NCBI GenBank assembly: GCA_030614685.1
Contig: JAUWTO010000001.1
Coordinates: 1 to 51,695 of the forward strand
From: Candidatus Aminicenantes bacterium
Lineage (GTDB): Bacteria; Acidobacteriota; Aminicenantia; Aminicenantales; Aminicenantaceae
DNA length: 51,695 bases
Direction of reading: 5' to 3'
Shown here: one piece after another, positions 39,294-47,084 of the stretch
Layout of the letters: the number at the start of each line of letters is the position of its first letter
Numbering within the stretch: the stretch's first letter is position 1
Notes under the pieces: model-generated
Database searches by the model: none
What the model was told of the DNA's origin: nothing
What the model saw: the letters and a program-made list of their open reading frames with translations, nothing else
Position numbers and translations under genes: made by a program

Positions 39294-40694
39294 ATGGAAA
39301 AAGTGACGCGAACAGCCAGTGTGTGGCTGGCCTTGATCCCCGTCGTCTTCCTGATCTTTTTCCTGTTTATCGCCATCGTGCTCCTGGGCCAGTCGGCCCA
39401 TATACCTCTGATCCTGGCGACCGCCGCGGCCGCAGCTGTGGCCGTCCGCCTGGGCTATTCCTGGAAGGAGATCCAGGGAGGCATGGTGCAGGGGATCAAC
39501 CTGGCGATGGGAGCCATCCTTATACTGATGGTGGTAGGGACACTGATCGGGACCTGGATCTCAGGTGGGATCGTCCCGGCGATGATCTTCTACGGCCTCA
39601 AGGTCCTGTCTCCCGGGATTTTCCTGGTAGCCACCATGGTCATCTGTTCGGTCGTTTCCCTGGGAACAGGATCATCCTGGTCCACGGCCGGTACCGTGGG
39701 TGTGGCCCTGGTAGGCGTCGGGCAGGGGCTGGGCATTCCCGGGGCCATGGTGGCCGGGGCCATCATCTCCGGCGCCTATTTCGGAGACAAAATGTCCCCG
39801 CTCTCCGACACCACTAACCTGGCTCCTGCTGTCGCGGGAACAGACGTGTTCTCCCACATCCGGCACATGGTGTACACCGTGGTGCCGGGATACGTCATCG
39901 CCCTCGCTCTGTATGGGCTCCTGGGAACACGGTTCTCGGGCGGAGTTATGGAATCACAGAACATCGATATTATACTGTCCACCTTGAAGGCGCATTTCTT
40001 TATCCATCCCGTTTTGCTGCTGCCGCCGATCCTGGTCATCCTGATGGTGATCCGGAAGATCCCGCCGCTGCCAGCCCTCTTGGGCGGATCGCTCCTTGGG
40101 GGTGTGTTTGCACTGGCCGCCCAGTCCAGTTCTCTGGGCGATGTTCTGGCCTCCGCGCACGTCGGGTATATCTCCGAGACAGGGGTGGCCATGGTGGACG
40201 AACTGCTCACACGGGGCGGGCTGATGAACATGATGGAGACGGTAGCCCTCATCATCTGCGCCCTCTCCTTCGGGGGGATCATGGAGCGGACCGGGATGCT
40301 CCAGGTCCTGGCGGGCTCACTCCTGAAGTTCGTCAAGAGCACTGGGGCCCTGGTTACCACTACGGTCTTCAGCTGCATTGGCATGAACGTGATCGCGGCC
40401 GACCAGTACATCGCGATCGTGGTGCCCGGACGCATGTTCAAGAGCGCGTTCGATGCCAAGGGCCTGCACCCCAAAAACCTGTCCCGCATACTGGAGAATT
40501 CCGGCACCATGACCTCGCCTCTCATCCCCTGGAACAGCTGCGGGGCATTCATGGGAGCGACATTGGGGATCAGTCCGCTGGTCTATCTGCCCTACGCCTT
40601 TCTCAACCTCCTCGTTCCGGCGATCTCTATCTTCTATGGCTACACCGGGATCACCATGGAAAAGCTGCCGGATGACCGCCCGGACACGGCTTAA
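39294..40694 (+). CDS. nhaC: Na+/H+ antiporter NhaC family
   Basis: Polytopic membrane protein with NhaC-like sequence throughout. ATG 39294 follows GGGAG by 6 nt (the ORF opens at 39264). Confidence 0.8.
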   Translation: MEKVTRTASVWLALIPVVFLIFFLFIAIVLLGQSAHIPLILATAAAAAVAVRLGYSWKEIQGGMVQGINLAMGAILILMVVGTLIGTWISGGIVPAMIFYGLKVLSPGIFLVATMVICSVVSLGTGSSWSTAGTVGVALVGVGQGLGIPGAMVAGAIISGAYFGDKMSPLSDTTNLAPAVAGTDVFSHIRHMVYTVVPGYVIALALYGLLGTRFSGGVMESQNIDIILSTLKAHFFIHPVLLLPPILVILMVIRKIPPLPALLGGSLLGGVFALAAQSSSLGDVLASAHVGYISETGVAMVDELLTRGGLMNMMETVALIICALSFGGIMERTGMLQVLAGSLLKFVKSTGALVTTTVFSCIGMNVIAADQYIAIVVPGRMFKSAFDAKGLHPKNLSRILENSGTMTSPLIPWNSCGAFMGATLGISPLVYLPYAFLNLLVPAISIFYGYTGITMEKLPDDRPDTA

Positions 40695-40710
40695 AACCAG
40701 GGTAATTGGC

Positions 40711-41085
40711 ATGATTTATGGAATAGGAATCGACCTCATCGAAGTGGAGAGGATCCGCAGGCAGCTGGATCGCAGCGACCGGTTCATCAAAAGGATCTTC
40801 ACTCCGGATGAGATCGTTTACTGTGAGTCCAAGAAGAACAAGGCCCAGAACTACGCAGCCCGTTTTGCAGCCAAGGAGGCGTTTTTCAAGGCCCTGGGAA
40901 CGGGCTGGCGCAGCGGACTGGCCTTCAATCATGTCGAGATCATCAACGACTCTCTGGGAAAGCCGGAGATCCGGCTGCACGGCAAAGCCGAACAACTGAT
41001 CGCGGAGAATGGCATCACAAACATCTGCGTCTCTTTGACACATCTCAAGGACTTCGCGAGCGCGATCGTTACACTGGAAATCTAA
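40711..41085 (+). CDS. acpS: Holo-ACP synthase (4-phosphopantetheinyl transferase)
   Basis: 124 aa starting MIYGIGIDLIEVERI, with FAAKEAFFKALG motif. Confidence 0.9.
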   Translation: MIYGIGIDLIEVERIRRQLDRSDRFIKRIFTPDEIVYCESKKNKAQNYAARFAAKEAFFKALGTGWRSGLAFNHVEIINDSLGKPEIRLHGKAEQLIAENGITNICVSLTHLKDFASAIVTLEI

Positions 41086-41096
41086 AGGAGAAGTTC

Positions 41097-42800
41097 ATGT
41101 CTAACATCGGTTCTTATGAGGAACGTCTAGCGGGATTCGACTGGTCCCTGTCTGAAAAAGAGCTGGGGTACATACCGGGAGACCGGATCAACATCGGCTG
41201 GTACTGCACAGACCGGATCTGCCAGATGGGCATGGCCGACAAGCCGGCCCTGATATGGGAGGGCCTGGGAGGCAGCGGCCGGACCTACACCTTCAACGAT
41301 ATCCGACTGGCCGCCAACACCATAGGTCATTATCTCCAGGGCCTGGGAGTCAAGGATCAGGACCGTGTCTGTCTGTTCCTGGACAAGATCCCCGAGCTGT
41401 ACCTGGGCTTCCTGGGGATCCTCAAGATCGGTGCCATTGCCCAGCCGCTGTTCTCAGCTTTTGGGGACGAGTCCCTGCTGGTTCGCCTGGAGAACGCAGA
41501 GACTTCTGTCATCATCACGCAGAGGAAGCATGTGAGCAAGGTGCGGAAGATCCGCGACCAACTCCCTCAGCTCCGGCATATCATCATCGTCGACTATGAC
41601 GGCCGCAAGCCGCTCCAGGAGCGGGAGCTGGCATTTTCCCTGGATGAAGCCGCGCCCGTGGAGGAGTTCGAGGTCTTCCCCACAGAAGCGGAGTCGCCCT
41701 CGGTCCTCCATTACACATCCGGCACCACCGGGATGCCCAAGGGAGTCCAGCACGTCCATTATTCTCTGATCGCCCAGTACCTGACGGCCAAATGGGTCCT
41801 GGACCTCCAGGACGATGACATCTACTGGTGCACGGCCGATCCCGGCTGGGTGACCGGTACGTCCTACGGCATCATCGGGCCCTGGGGCCTCGGAGTCACA
41901 CAGTGTGTGCTGGACAGCGGATTCTCGGCCGAAGCCTGGTACCGCTTCATCGAAAAACACCGCGTGACAGTATGGTACTCCGCCCCCACGGCCATCCGTT
42001 CGCTGATGAGGGCGGGGGAGGAGATCGTGAAGCAGCACGACCTCTCCAGCCTGCGCCACCTGGCCAGCGTAGGCGAGCCGCTCAACTCGGAAGCGGTCAT
42101 CTGGTCGGAAAGGGTTTTTGGTAAGCCCTTCCATGACACCTACTGGCAGACGGAGACCGGCGCCATGATGATCGCCAACTATCCGGGGATGAAGGTCAAG
42201 CCGGGCTCCATGGGCAGGCCCTTCCCCGGGATCACAGGTGTGGTGCTCGATCCCAACTCCCACGAGCCCATCGCTGAGGCGGGCAAGGTCGGGCTGATCG
42301 CCTTCAAGCCGGGGTGGCCTGCCATGATGCGGACCTACTGGAACAACGAGGCCACCTATCAGGCCAAGTTCGTCAACAACTGGTATCTCTCCGGCGACCG
42401 GGCCAGCATCGACAACGAGGGATACTTCTGGTTCGTGGGACGGGACGATGATGTCATCAACACCGCCGGACACCTGGTCAGCCCGTTCGAGGTGGAATCC
42501 GCCCTCCTGGAACACGAGGCTGTGGCCGAATCCGCCGTGGTGTCCAAACCGGACGAGGTCAACATGGAGGTGGTCAAGGCCTTTGTGATGCTCAATCCAG
42601 GCTTTGAGCCCGACGCCGAGCAGGAGCTGAGGATCATGAATTTCATCCGCAAAAAACTGTCTCCCCTGGCCATGCCTCAGGAGATCGAGTATGTGGATTC
42701 CCTGCCTAAGACTCGGAGCGGCAAGATCATGCGCCGGCTGCTGCATGCGCAGGAATGGGGTGAGGAGATCGGGGATACGTCTACTTTGGAGGATGAATAG
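41097..42800 (+). CDS. AMP-forming acyl/acetyl-CoA synthetase family ligase (ACS/MACS type)
   Basis: 567 aa. YTSGTTGMPKGV, WCTADPGWVTG, YWQTETG, GRDDDVINTAGH and LPKTRSGKIMRR motifs. AAGGAG RBS. Confidence 0.85.
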   Translation: MSNIGSYEERLAGFDWSLSEKELGYIPGDRINIGWYCTDRICQMGMADKPALIWEGLGGSGRTYTFNDIRLAANTIGHYLQGLGVKDQDRVCLFLDKIPELYLGFLGILKIGAIAQPLFSAFGDESLLVRLENAETSVIITQRKHVSKVRKIRDQLPQLRHIIIVDYDGRKPLQERELAFSLDEAAPVEEFEVFPTEAESPSVLHYTSGTTGMPKGVQHVHYSLIAQYLTAKWVLDLQDDDIYWCTADPGWVTGTSYGIIGPWGLGVTQCVLDSGFSAEAWYRFIEKHRVTVWYSAPTAIRSLMRAGEEIVKQHDLSSLRHLASVGEPLNSEAVIWSERVFGKPFHDTYWQTETGAMMIANYPGMKVKPGSMGRPFPGITGVVLDPNSHEPIAEAGKVGLIAFKPGWPAMMRTYWNNEATYQAKFVNNWYLSGDRASIDNEGYFWFVGRDDDVINTAGHLVSPFEVESALLEHEAVAESAVVSKPDEVNMEVVKAFVMLNPGFEPDAEQELRIMNFIRKKLSPLAMPQEIEYVDSLPKTRSGKIMRRLLHAQEWGEEIGDTSTLEDE

Positions 42801-42907
42801 CTGCTCAAGGCCTGAATTTTTTAGCGGTTTAGTGTAAACTGAACGGTAATACATGCGCACCTCAGTGGTGTGCGAGCAAGAAATAATCCAAGAAAGGAGT
42901 CAGAGAG

Positions 42908-43153
42908 ATGGAAGACATAAAGGACATCGTCCTGGAGTACGTGAAGGAAGAGTATCTGGAAGACGAAGACGAGGAGCTCACATACGAGACGCCGCTTATT
43001 TCCGGTGGGATCGTGGATTCCTTCTCCATGGTATCCCTCAAGCGTTTTCTGGAGACGAAGTACAGCATCTCTATCCCTGACGAAAAAGCAACACCCGAGG
43101 CCTTTGACTCGGTCAGCAAGATCGCTGTCCTGGTCAGAGAAATCGCAGGTTAG
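42908..43153 (+). CDS. Small acidic acyl/aminoacyl carrier protein (DltC-like)
   Basis: 81 aa. GGIVDSFSMVSL contains the DS(F/L) phosphopantetheine-attachment motif (Ser38, nt 43019-43021). AAGGAG RBS 8 nt upstream. Confidence 0.7.
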   Translation: MEDIKDIVLEYVKEEYLEDEDEELTYETPLISGGIVDSFSMVSLKRFLETKYSISIPDEKATPEAFDSVSKIAVLVREIAG

Positions 43154-43177
43154 TCACAGGGAAAGGAGCCAGCCACC

Positions 43178-44425
43178 ATGAGTTTCAGCGATAAAATCCG
43201 TGAACAGTATCAGGATCAGCTGCGGCAGATCCAGGACGCCGGCATTTTCAAGCAGGAGCGTTTCATCCATTCCAGCCAGGCCGCAGACATAGAGGTGGAG
43301 TTCCCCGAAGGATCCAGCCTGCAGCGCGTCATCAACATGTGCTCCAATAACTACCTGGGGCTCTCCAGCCATCCTGATGTGCTTAAGGCCGCACATGAGG
43401 GGTTGGATCACAGGGGATACGGCATGTCTTCGGTGCGCTTTATCTGCGGGACGCAGGACATCCATCATGAACTGGAGCGTAAGGTCACCGAATTTCTGGG
43501 GACCGAGGCCACCATCCTGTTCCCCTCCTGCATGGATGCCAACACCGGTGTGTTCGAGGCCGTCCTGACCGATCAGGATGTCATGATCTCCGACCGCCTG
43601 GTACACGCTTCCATCATCGACGGCATCCGGCTGGCACCGGCCCAGCACGATACCTTCAAGCACTCGAACATGGACCACCTGGAGAAGAAGCTTCAGCTGC
43701 ACGTGGACAAGCGGTTCAAGCTGGTCATCACCGATGGGGTGTTTTCCATGGACGGCGACACAGCCAAGCTTGCTGAGATGGCCGACCTGTGTGAAAAGTA
43801 CGATGCCATGCTGTTCTTGGACGATTCCCATTCCAGCGGTTTCATCGGCAAGACCGGCCGCGGGACCCATGAGAGATGCGGCGTCATGGGCCGGGTGGAC
43901 ATCATCACGACCACTTTCGGTAAGGCCTTGGGCGGGGCCTCCGGGGGCTGCGTATCCGGCCGGAAGGAGATCGTGGAGCTGTGCCGTCAGAAGGCCCGCC
44001 CCTACCTCTTCTCGAACACCATCGCCCCGGTCGTGGTCTCGGGCGTGCTCAAGGTGCTGGAAATCCTCTCCCAGAGCACGGAGAGGCGGGACAAGCTCGA
44101 GAAAAACGCGGAGTTCTGGCGCCGGGGTCTCACCGAGGCCGGATTTGTCCTCAAGGAAGGGGACACGCCTATTGTGCCGGTCATGCTCTTCAACGCCAAG
44201 CTTTCGCAGGACATTTCCCGCGACCTCTACACAGAGGGGATCTACGCTATCGGCTTCTTTTTCCCGGTCGTCCCGCAGGGCCAGGCCCGTATTCGGACCC
44301 AGATCTCGGCCGGCCACGAGCAACACCACCTGGAAAAGGCCCTGGAGGCCTTCATCAAGGTGGGGAAGAAGTACGACATCCTGGGCAAAACCAAGCAGGA
44401 GATCATCGCCCAGTACGGGATGTAG
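43178..44425 (+). CDS. kbl: Glycine C-acetyltransferase (2-amino-3-ketobutyrate CoA ligase)
   Basis: 415 aa. Matches my recollection of E. coli Kbl along its whole length (NNYLGL, VRFICGTQD, HASIIDG, TDGVFSMDG, FGKALGGASGG, RPYLFSN, GFFFPVVPQGQARIRTQISAGH). Confidence 0.85.
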   Translation: MSFSDKIREQYQDQLRQIQDAGIFKQERFIHSSQAADIEVEFPEGSSLQRVINMCSNNYLGLSSHPDVLKAAHEGLDHRGYGMSSVRFICGTQDIHHELERKVTEFLGTEATILFPSCMDANTGVFEAVLTDQDVMISDRLVHASIIDGIRLAPAQHDTFKHSNMDHLEKKLQLHVDKRFKLVITDGVFSMDGDTAKLAEMADLCEKYDAMLFLDDSHSSGFIGKTGRGTHERCGVMGRVDIITTTFGKALGGASGGCVSGRKEIVELCRQKARPYLFSNTIAPVVVSGVLKVLEILSQSTERRDKLEKNAEFWRRGLTEAGFVLKEGDTPIVPVMLFNAKLSQDISRDLYTEGIYAIGFFFPVVPQGQARIRTQISAGHEQHHLEKALEAFIKVGKKYDILGKTKQEIIAQYGM

Positions 44426-44426
44426 A

Positions 44427-45407
44427 TCAGTAACCGAGGGCGCCGCGGGTGTGGCGTTCGCCGAGGACACGCAGCATGTCCTCGGTCATCGTAGCCAAGT
44501 TAAAATCGGGCTTCCAATCCCATTCTTCCCGTGCGGCGGAGTCGTCGATGCTGCGGGGCCAGGACTCGGCGATCTGCTGGCGGGAATCCGGCTCGTATTC
44601 GATCTTGAATTCAGGAATGTGGATGCGGATCTCGGCGGCCAGCTCCTCAGGGGTGAAACTCATGCTGCTGATGTTGAAATCCGAGTGGTGCTGGAGCCGG
44701 TCAAAGTCCGCTTCCATCAGTTCACAGGTCGCCTTGAGGCAGTCGGGCATGTACATCATGGGGAGCATGGTGTCCGGCTTGAGGAAGCAGGTGAATTCCT
44801 GGTATTTGACGGCCGCGTAGAAGATCTCCACGGCGTAGTCCGTGGTGCCCCCGCCGGGGAGCGTCTCGTGGCTGATGATCCCGGGATAGCGGCAGCCGCG
44901 CACGTCCAGGCCGTACCGCAGCACATAATAATCGCACAGCAATTCCCCGGCCACCTTCGTGACCCCATACATGGTCTTGGGCCGGAGAATCGTTTCCTGG
45001 GGAGTGTCTTCCCGGGGTGTTTCTGGCCCGAAGGCGGCTATGGAGCTGGGAACGAAGACACGGCGCACGCCGGCGTTCCGCGCGGCCTCCAGGATGTTGA
45101 ACGTGCCGTTCATATTCACGGTCCAGGCCAGCTGAGGCTGGCTTTCGCCCTTGGCCGAGAGGATGGCCGACATGTGATAGATGATGTCGATCCGGTGTTC
45201 CTCCAGGGTGCGGCGGATATCGTCCGGTTGAGTGACATCCAGCTTCAGGTAGGGGCCGGAATCACGCAGGGCAGGGCTGATATCGTCCCGAATGTCTGAG
45301 GCGATCACGTCGCCGGCGCCGAAACGAGTGCGGAGCATGGGGGTCAGGGCGGAACCGATCTGTCCGCCGGCACCGGTCACGAGGATCTTAGTATTGTTAT
45401 GGGTCAT
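44427..45407 (-). CDS. tdh: L-threonine 3-dehydrogenase, SDR/epimerase-fold type
   Basis: 326 aa. ILVTGAGGQIGS Rossmann motif, YGVTK (YxxxK). Convergent with kbl with 1 nt between the stops. Confidence 0.7.
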   Translation of the reverse strand: MTHNNTKILVTGAGGQIGSALTPMLRTRFGAGDVIASDIRDDISPALRDSGPYLKLDVTQPDDIRRTLEEHRIDIIYHMSAILSAKGESQPQLAWTVNMNGTFNILEAARNAGVRRVFVPSSIAAFGPETPREDTPQETILRPKTMYGVTKVAGELLCDYYVLRYGLDVRGCRYPGIISHETLPGGGTTDYAVEIFYAAVKYQEFTCFLKPDTMLPMMYMPDCLKATCELMEADFDRLQHHSDFNISSMSFTPEELAAEIRIHIPEFKIEYEPDSRQQIAESWPRSIDDSAAREEWDWKPDFNLATMTEDMLRVLGERHTRGALGY

Positions 45408-45446
45408 GACGTATCCTTATATATTCTGCGCCTGTCAAAGTCAACG

Positions 45447-46163
45447 TCACAGTTTCCATCCGCCGGCCACCACCAGGTTGATGCCGGTGATGTAGCCAGC
45501 CTCCGGTGATGCGAGATAGCGCACCGCATGCGCCACGTCGTCAAACCGCCCCAGCCGACCGGCCGGGATGTCCGGATCCTTGGGCCGCACGCCGCCTTCC
45601 AGGAGCCCGGGCGAGACCATGTTCACGGTGATGTTGGCGGCCGCCTCCGAGACCGCCGCCGACCGGGTCAGCATCAGGAGGCCGGTCTTGGCCACGGCAT
45701 AGGGCAGGATCTTCTGGAACGCGGTCAGCTGCTCGACCCGGCTGTACCCGATGTTGATGATGCGCCCCCATTCCCGCCGGCGCATGCCGGGCAGGGCGGC
45801 CTGCATGCAGGACCAGGCGCTGAAGAGGTTCGCCTGCAGGATGCGGTCCCAGTCGGCCCTGGTGAGCGTGGTCCACCCCTTCTCCAGGATGGGGCCGTAG
45901 TTGTTGACCAGGATGTCGAGGCGGCCGAAACGGTCTTCCGTCTCCCGGACCAGGCGGGCCGCCTCGTCTTCAAACGTCAGGTCGGCGGCCAGGGCGATGG
46001 CCGGCGTGCCCTTTCTCTCGATATTCCGGACTGTCTCCCCGGCGGCGTCTCTGTCCTGATGGTAATGCACGGCCACACCAGAGGCCGTTTCCGCCAGGGT
46101 CTCGGTGATGTCCCGGCCCAACCCGCGGCTGCTGCCGGTGACCAGGGCGATCCTCGCGCTCAT
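45447..46163 (-). CDS. Short-chain dehydrogenase/reductase (FabG-like)
   Basis: 238 aa. ALVTGSSRGLG, NNYG and YAVAK (YxxxK) motifs. AGGAGA RBS. Confidence 0.85.
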   Translation of the reverse strand: MSARIALVTGSSRGLGRDITETLAETASGVAVHYHQDRDAAGETVRNIERKGTPAIALAADLTFEDEAARLVRETEDRFGRLDILVNNYGPILEKGWTTLTRADWDRILQANLFSAWSCMQAALPGMRRREWGRIINIGYSRVEQLTAFQKILPYAVAKTGLLMLTRSAAVSEAAANITVNMVSPGLLEGGVRPKDPDIPAGRLGRFDDVAHAVRYLASPEAGYITGINLVVAGGWKL

Positions 46164-46191
46164 TCTGTTCTCCTAGGTGGATTACTATAGC

Positions 46192-46247
46192 AAAAAAACA
46201 CGAAAAAAACACTTGACAAACTCCGGGGTGGGTTTTATCGTATAAAA
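46192..46247 (+). promoter_or_regulatory. Putative lexA promoter/operator region
   Basis: Tandem A-tract repeat AAAAAAACAC-G-AAAAAAACAC (46192-46212) abuts TTGACA (46213-46218). A possible -10, TATCGT, lies 17 nt downstream. Palindrome TTTTAT-CGT-ATAAAA (46233-46247) overlaps it. Confidence 0.4.
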
Positions 46248-46257
46248 GGTGAACAAA

Positions 46258-46875
46258 ATGGTAAACAAAACGCGCATTGAGCTGACGGAAAGACAGGAAA
46301 GGGTCCTGCAGGCCATCAAGAGCTTCATCCTGGAGCGAGGATATTCCCCCACCATTCGGCAGCTGGGAGAGATCCTGCACATCACCAATCCTTCGGCTGT
46401 TTTCAAACATGTCCGGAGCCTGGAAAAGAAGGGATATGTCCGAAGGGAGGCCGGAGAGCTGAACCCTACCGGCTTTCCCGCTGCCGTGGAATCGCACGTC
46501 AAGGTGCCGCTGCTGGGGTTTGTCCCGGCGGGCCATCCGCAGGAGGCGATCGACCTTTCCCACGAGGCCGTGGAGGTGCCGGACTGGATGCTGGGCCGCA
46601 AGAAGGGCAATGTCTTCTGCGTGCAGGTCGAGGGAAAGAGCATGGTGGACGCCTATATCGATGACGGCGACCGCGTGCTGGTGGAACGCACCAACACCGC
46701 CAGTTCCGGCGAGATGGTAATCGCTTTTCTGGAGGACGGGTCCGTCACCTTGAAGAGATTGAGCCTCGAGAGGGGGCGGATCGCCCTCATGCCAGAGAAC
46801 CCGGAGTTTGAGCCCATCGAGGTCTCGCAGCTGCGGATTCTGGGTCGGGTGATCGGGGTGATGCGGAAATACTGA
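46258..46875 (+). CDS. lexA: LexA repressor
   Basis: Winged-helix N-domain (LTERQ..VL..I......GYSPTIRQLGE), VPAG cleavage region, GKSM catalytic Ser and TLKRL Lys motifs. ATG 46258 is preferred over GTG 46249. Confidence 0.9.
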   Translation: MVNKTRIELTERQERVLQAIKSFILERGYSPTIRQLGEILHITNPSAVFKHVRSLEKKGYVRREAGELNPTGFPAAVESHVKVPLLGFVPAGHPQEAIDLSHEAVEVPDWMLGRKKGNVFCVQVEGKSMVDAYIDDGDRVLVERTNTASSGEMVIAFLEDGSVTLKRLSLERGRIALMPENPEFEPIEVSQLRILGRVIGVMRKY

Positions 46876-46972
46876 CCTCCGCCTGACCCGGTCCGCGCAG
46901 CGAAGCGTTCCGGGGGGCCGCCGGCCCTCCGGGCAAGCAACGGCTCCCGCCGGGGAGTGTTCCTGCTCCCGC

Positions 46973-46995
46973 CCGGCGGAAGCCGGTCTCATTTT
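46973..46995 (+). terminator. Weak intrinsic-terminator-like hairpin after lexA
   Basis: CCGGC (46973-46977), GGAA loop, GCCGG (46982-46986), followed by TCTCATTTT. The stem is only 5 bp. Confidence 0.3.
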
Positions 46996-47084
46996 GAATG
47001 CTCAAAAAACCCTGAGAGGGGAGGTCTGTCCCTTAAACGAGGAAGACCCTATATAAATTTTGAGAACGAAACGAGGTGAACAGG

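Noticed and set aside
43178-44425. Serine palmitoyltransferase and a bacterial sphingolipid cluster (ligase + ACP + Spt + reductases).
   Set aside because: The protein matches Kbl-specific segments along its whole length (VRFICGTQD, FGKALGGASGG, GFFFPVVPQGQARIRTQ) and sits tail-to-tail with an SDR-type threonine dehydrogenase, the classic Tdh/Kbl pair. No bacterial ceramide synthase-like gene is adjacent. It is kept only as a low-probability alternative in the cluster finding.
46192-46212. Tandem AAAAAAACAC repeat as a possible CRISPR or minisatellite array.
   Set aside because: There are only two 10-nt units with a 1-nt spacer, directly abutting a -35 hexamer. This fits an A-tract UP-like element, not an array.
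46251-46266. Alphaproteobacterial-type direct-repeat LexA box (GAAC-N7-GAAC) overlapping the lexA start, and GAAC-N10-GAAC upstream of dinB (47064-47081).
   Set aside because: The second half-site in lexA is TAAA/AAAC rather than GAAC, and the spacing differs between the two genes. The match is too weak to call.
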